Below, piece by piece: positions 60,085-64,000 of a stretch of DNA of 64,000 nucleotides. Location of the stretch: assembly GCF_036971445.1 (NCBI RefSeq), contig NC_091476.1, forward strand, positions 42,904,001 to 42,968,000, written 5' to 3'. Below the pieces are notes generated by a model, which saw only the letters and a list, made by a program, of their open reading frames with translations, searched no databases and was not told where the DNA came from. Within the stretch, counting starts at the first letter, position 1. Every line of letters begins with the position of its first letter. The stretch comes from Narcine bancroftii. Its lineage: Eukaryota. The position numbers were made by a program, and so were the translations under genes.

Positions 60085-60905
60085 CAGGATCCTAGCATTG
60101 GAAATCATGTTCCCCTCTCCACCTTCCCTAGGGATCATTACCTCTGTGACTCCCTCATCCAGTAATCCCTCCCCACCCTGACCCCTTCCTCTGTGACCGC
60201 AGGAAATGTAGCACTTGCGCCCACACCTCCTCCCTCACCATAGACCAGGGCCACAAGCAGGACATTCAAGCCAATAAACACTTCACTTGTGTATCCACTG
60301 CACTGATTTACTGAATCCAGTACTCCCTTTGTGGCTTTCTCTATATAATCGGAGAGAATGGGCGCAGACTGGGAGATTACTTCCCTGGGCAAATTCGCTC
60401 TTCCTGCATCAGTGACAGGGATCTCCTAATTTTCAACCATTTTAATTCCATACCCCACTCCCATTCTCACATGCCTCTCCATGACCTCATGAGCCATCCC
60501 ACCAAGACCAGCTGTAAATTGGAGGATCAACACTTGATTTTCCATCTGGGCACTCTCCAATCAGATAGAATTTAGAGAAGTGGATGTTAATGCTGTTAGC
60601 CTGCTCTTATTTCCCCCCCCCCTTCCCTTTGTCTTTTATCCTCCAGATTTATACCCCTCTCTATTCACAGAAACATTCATCCTACCCTACCTTGCTAGTG
60701 TGCCCTCCCTTCATTATCCATTTACTACCTCCTACCTTTGTGACTGTGCTCCTCTCCCTTTCCCCGACCATTTTGTTTGGGCACCTGCCAATATTTGTTC
60801 ATACCTCAATGAAGGGCTCAACCCCAAAATATTGGTCTTTTTTTTAATATTTGCTATATAAAGTACACTGTTTGATCAGCTGAGTTCTTCTAGCATTGTG
60901 TTTTT
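60085..60905 (+). mobile_element. Penelope-like element 3' remnant (GIY-YIG plus terminal repeat)
   Basis: + strand translates CSTCAHTSSLT...HFTCVSTALIY*IQYSLCGFLYIIGENGRRLGDYF...NHFNSIPHSH; homologous to 1410-1925. Confidence 0.8.
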
Positions 60906-61189
60906 AACTAGTCTCCATTAGCATTGCCGGACAGCCAAACAATAGGAGGTGAAGCAAAGGAGAGCCCCTTCAGAATCAGTGAGTGTCTGTGAAGTCACGT
61001 TCAGCACTTCTGCAACCACAAGATCAGGATGCCTTCAGTGCCCAAAGCCCTTTGGGAGCTCTTCTTGCCCTCAGCACCCTCTTGAACCCAATTGGTGCAA
61101 GAAAAAAAAACTGGTGATGTTTCAATAGTGCAGACAGTTCTTTTGGCAGTCCCAGTGGAGTTTGTGGTTTGGGTTAAGATGGTAAAAAG

Positions 61190-61545
61190 CAATCCAAGAA
61201 CCTGATGGCTGTTGGGGGAAGAAAAAAAATCTTCTTGATCCCTAGAAGTTTGAGCTTCTGTATCTTCCGACCGAAGGTAGCAGTGAAAAGAGGTTGTGAC
61301 CAGAATGGAAGGGGTCCTTTATGATGTTGACTGCCTTCTTGAGTGTGCTTCACATAAATGCCTGCAATGGATAGGAGGCCAGTGCCCATGATGAACTTGG
61401 GCAGATTTGCCACTTTCTGGAGCCTTCTGCATTCCTGAGCACCCAAGTTTCCAAACCAGGCCACGATACAACCAGTCAGTACACTTTCCACGGTGCACCT
61501 GGAGAAGTTCAATAGAGCATTCAACAACATAGCCAACTCCCCTCA
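61190..61545 (-). mobile_element. Rex1/Babar-type LINE fragment
   Basis: ORF 61174-61536(-) LLNFSRCTVESVLTGCIVAWFGN...RRLQKV. Confidence 0.85.
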
Positions 61546-61568
61546 AAAAAGTCATTAACAATCTAACC

Positions 61569-61946
61569 CAATGGATTTCAACCTTTTTCTTCCACTCACA
61601 TAACACTTTAAATAATCCCTCTACCATCGATGATCTGTGATTAGTAAGGGATTGCTTAAGGTGGTATGTGAGTGGGAAGGGAAAGCTGAGAATCTCGGCT
61701 CTAGAACCAATTGTTACGGAAATATTTTGCTTGAGAAAAATTGTCATTGGCCCATTTCCTTTGGAGTTATGAAACCATGCACATAACAAGTCCGTTAGCT
61801 ACAATTAAAGCAGTAGATTTTCAACCTTTTTCTTTCCACCCACATACCACCTTAAGCAGTCCCTTACTAATCACAGAGGATCGATGGTAGAGCACCTATG
61901 GCTTGAAGTGGTAAGTGAGTGGAAAGAAAAAGATTGAGAACCTCTG
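61569..61946. mobile_element. Composite hAT MITE: two palindromic units flanking an approximately 110-bp spacer
   Basis: Perfect 8-bp TSD ATCTAACC (61561-61568, 61947-61954); Charlie-like CA.TGG.T.TCAACC termini on each unit. Confidence 0.9.
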
Positions 61947-63399
61947 ATCTAACCAAAAGCTTCAGAAATCCAAAAACAACATTCCCTTCTTGGTGTAGTC
62001 TGGATTTGGAATTGTTGATTATTGTGAATAAACACTATTATCTTGGGGAAACTGATTAAAAAAAAGGAAGAGAAACTCTTAATTTAAATACATTTACATT
62101 GAATAGATTTAAGGTTTTGACCTGTTTCACATTAAATCTTAATAAGTGATTCATTAGGGTGGGAATTCAGGAGAGAGTCTGAATGCTCTGCCATGCCTCC
62201 TTATTGGTTGAGTGACAGCTGTAACCACATTCAGAATTTTAAAATATGTGACTAAGCCAGAGATTTACTTCAAATAGCTTTCCCTTAACAATGGGAAATA
62301 AATCCTGCCAAATACATCATTACTCAACATGCAACATAACACACAATGACTAATGAAAGGCAAAGAGGAAAACAACTAGTAATTGAAGAAACTTGCACTT
62401 GTTTAAGAATGTGGCAACAATGAGGAGAAGATTGTTCAGTCTCTTTCACTGTTCCATGGTCTCCTGGTTGATCCTGCAGTCCAAGCTCACTGTCCTGTTC
62501 AGGTTTCTGAATTCCACAGCTCATCAGGATGGAGAATCCCATAAAGTGACAATTTCCAGAAAAGAAAATTTTCCACACTTTACACCTGAATTGATAGATC
62601 CTTCACCCCAAGACTCTATCTGGTCTGAGCTCTCCAACAATTGTAAGAACACCCTACAGGAGTATCAGTTGAATAAAGTTCCACACTGGGTATATTAGGA
62701 AGGCAGCCAAAAAAATCTGCTCAACATGAGCAGTGATGGGAGAAGAGAGGTGAATCCAAACATAGACAGTACTGTATATGAATATTGAATTTATCTGAAA
62801 CATACTGCTGTTGAAAGCAGTTTGCAAGGTGATTGACCTGAACTTCAGTGGAGATGAAGCAAGTCAGCAAACACTCCCACACAGAGCCCAGTGATTGGCA
62901 ACAGGTCACTCAGCATCTTCTTCCCTATCTCTCTCATCATCTCTCACTGTCATTTGTCTACCTCTGATCACCTTCCCTTCCCCCCTCCCCCCCAACCACC
63001 CTCTTTTTATCCTTGCCATCGCATTTTCCTGCCTTGGAGAAAGATCCTGAGCCAAATCATTTACTGTCCATTTCTCTCCATGGATGCTGCCTGACCTGCT
63101 GAGCCAGTCAATTTTTTAATTGTTTGCTCAGTCCATCAACGGCAATTCTTGTATTTCACTTAACATTTTATTTTGATCAACCACATCAATCTCAAGCTCT
63201 TGGGGGTCAGAGTGAATCATGCATGGGACAAAGAATTGATGAAGAAAAACAATGCGAAATGAAAAAGGAGAGAGAGATAGAGAAGGTGGAAAAGAGTGCA
63301 AATGAAGGGATTGAGATTCAATATTTTTATTGTTTGAAAATGATAACAAACAAGTAAAAGCCATTAAACAAAGTAAGCATGTAAAAAATATACAGGTGC

Positions 63400-64000
63400 A
63401 GTCATCAGAATTTATTGTCATGAACAAGCCATGAAATCCTGTTTTGTGGCAGCATCACAGTGTAAACATTTATATTATATAACTATCTTACAACATTACT
63501 ATAAAAAAATATAAAATAGTGCATAAAATGTAAGGCAGGGTCTGGTTCATTCATCATTCAGGAATCTGATGGCAGCGGGGAAGAAGCTGTCCTTGTGCCA
63601 CTGAGTGCTTGTCTTTAGGCTTCTGTAACTTTTTCCTGATGGTTGCATAATGAAGAAGGCATGGCCTGGGTGATGGGGGTCTTTGAGGATAGAGGCTGCT
63701 TTTTTTTTTAAATATAAAGACACTGCCTCGTGGAGATATCCTTGATGGAGTGAAGACTCATGCCTTTGATGTCACAGGCTGAGTTAACAACCCTTGAGTT
63801 TATTCTTGTCCTGAGAGTTAGCACCTCCATAAAAGGCAGTGATGCAAAGAGCCAGAATGCTCTCCATGGTAAACCTATAGAAGTTTATGGAGTTTTCAGC
63901 GACGCACCAAATCTCCTCAGAGACCTCAAAGTAGAATCGCTGGTGAGCCTCCTTTGTGATGTCATCAACATGGAGGCTTCAGGACAGATCCTTGAAGATG
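63400..64000 (-). mobile_element. Rex1/Babar-type LINE 3' fragment, continuing beyond the window
   Basis: TCAGAATTTATTGTCATG tail; antisense PSGKSYRSL...SFFPAAIRFLN coding. Confidence 0.85.

Overview
Eukaryotic, repeat-dense genomic DNA. It is probably from a cartilaginous fish (ray or shark); I infer this from HE1/V-SINE-like SINEs, HER1/CR1-like LINE tails, Rex1/Babar fragments and Deu-domain SINE relics. I found no host protein-coding exon that I can support, so the window looks intergenic or intronic. Retroelements: the 3' end of a Gypsy element (integrase, PPT, LTR; 1-1409); three solo LTRs with target-site duplications (TSDs); three L1-clade LINEs of different subfamilies (18948-24866 +, 34052-40051 -, 48726-52855 - and internally deleted); and a second Gypsy element (31995-41463) that split a V-SINE and was itself split by an L1. 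Also present: Penelope-like GIY-YIG remnants, Tc1/mariner-, hAT- and Harbinger-type MITEs, many CR1/Rex1/SINE fragments, a hierarchical minisatellite and two assembly gaps. Most interesting observations: (1) the second Gypsy has no tRNA-type primer-binding site, but a perfect 14-nt complement of its own LTR in that position (self-priming architecture); (2) a composite hAT MITE (two palindromic MITEs plus a captured spacer) that appears to move as one unit; (3) degenerate hammerhead-ribozyme cores in Penelope-like terminal repeats, some arranged as short palindromic elements; (4) a 402-bp templated copy of nearby DNA inserted into a LINE; (5) an in-frame ORF1-ORF2 fusion in a deleted L1. Family names come from motif recognition, not database searches, and the boundaries of degraded fragments are approximate.
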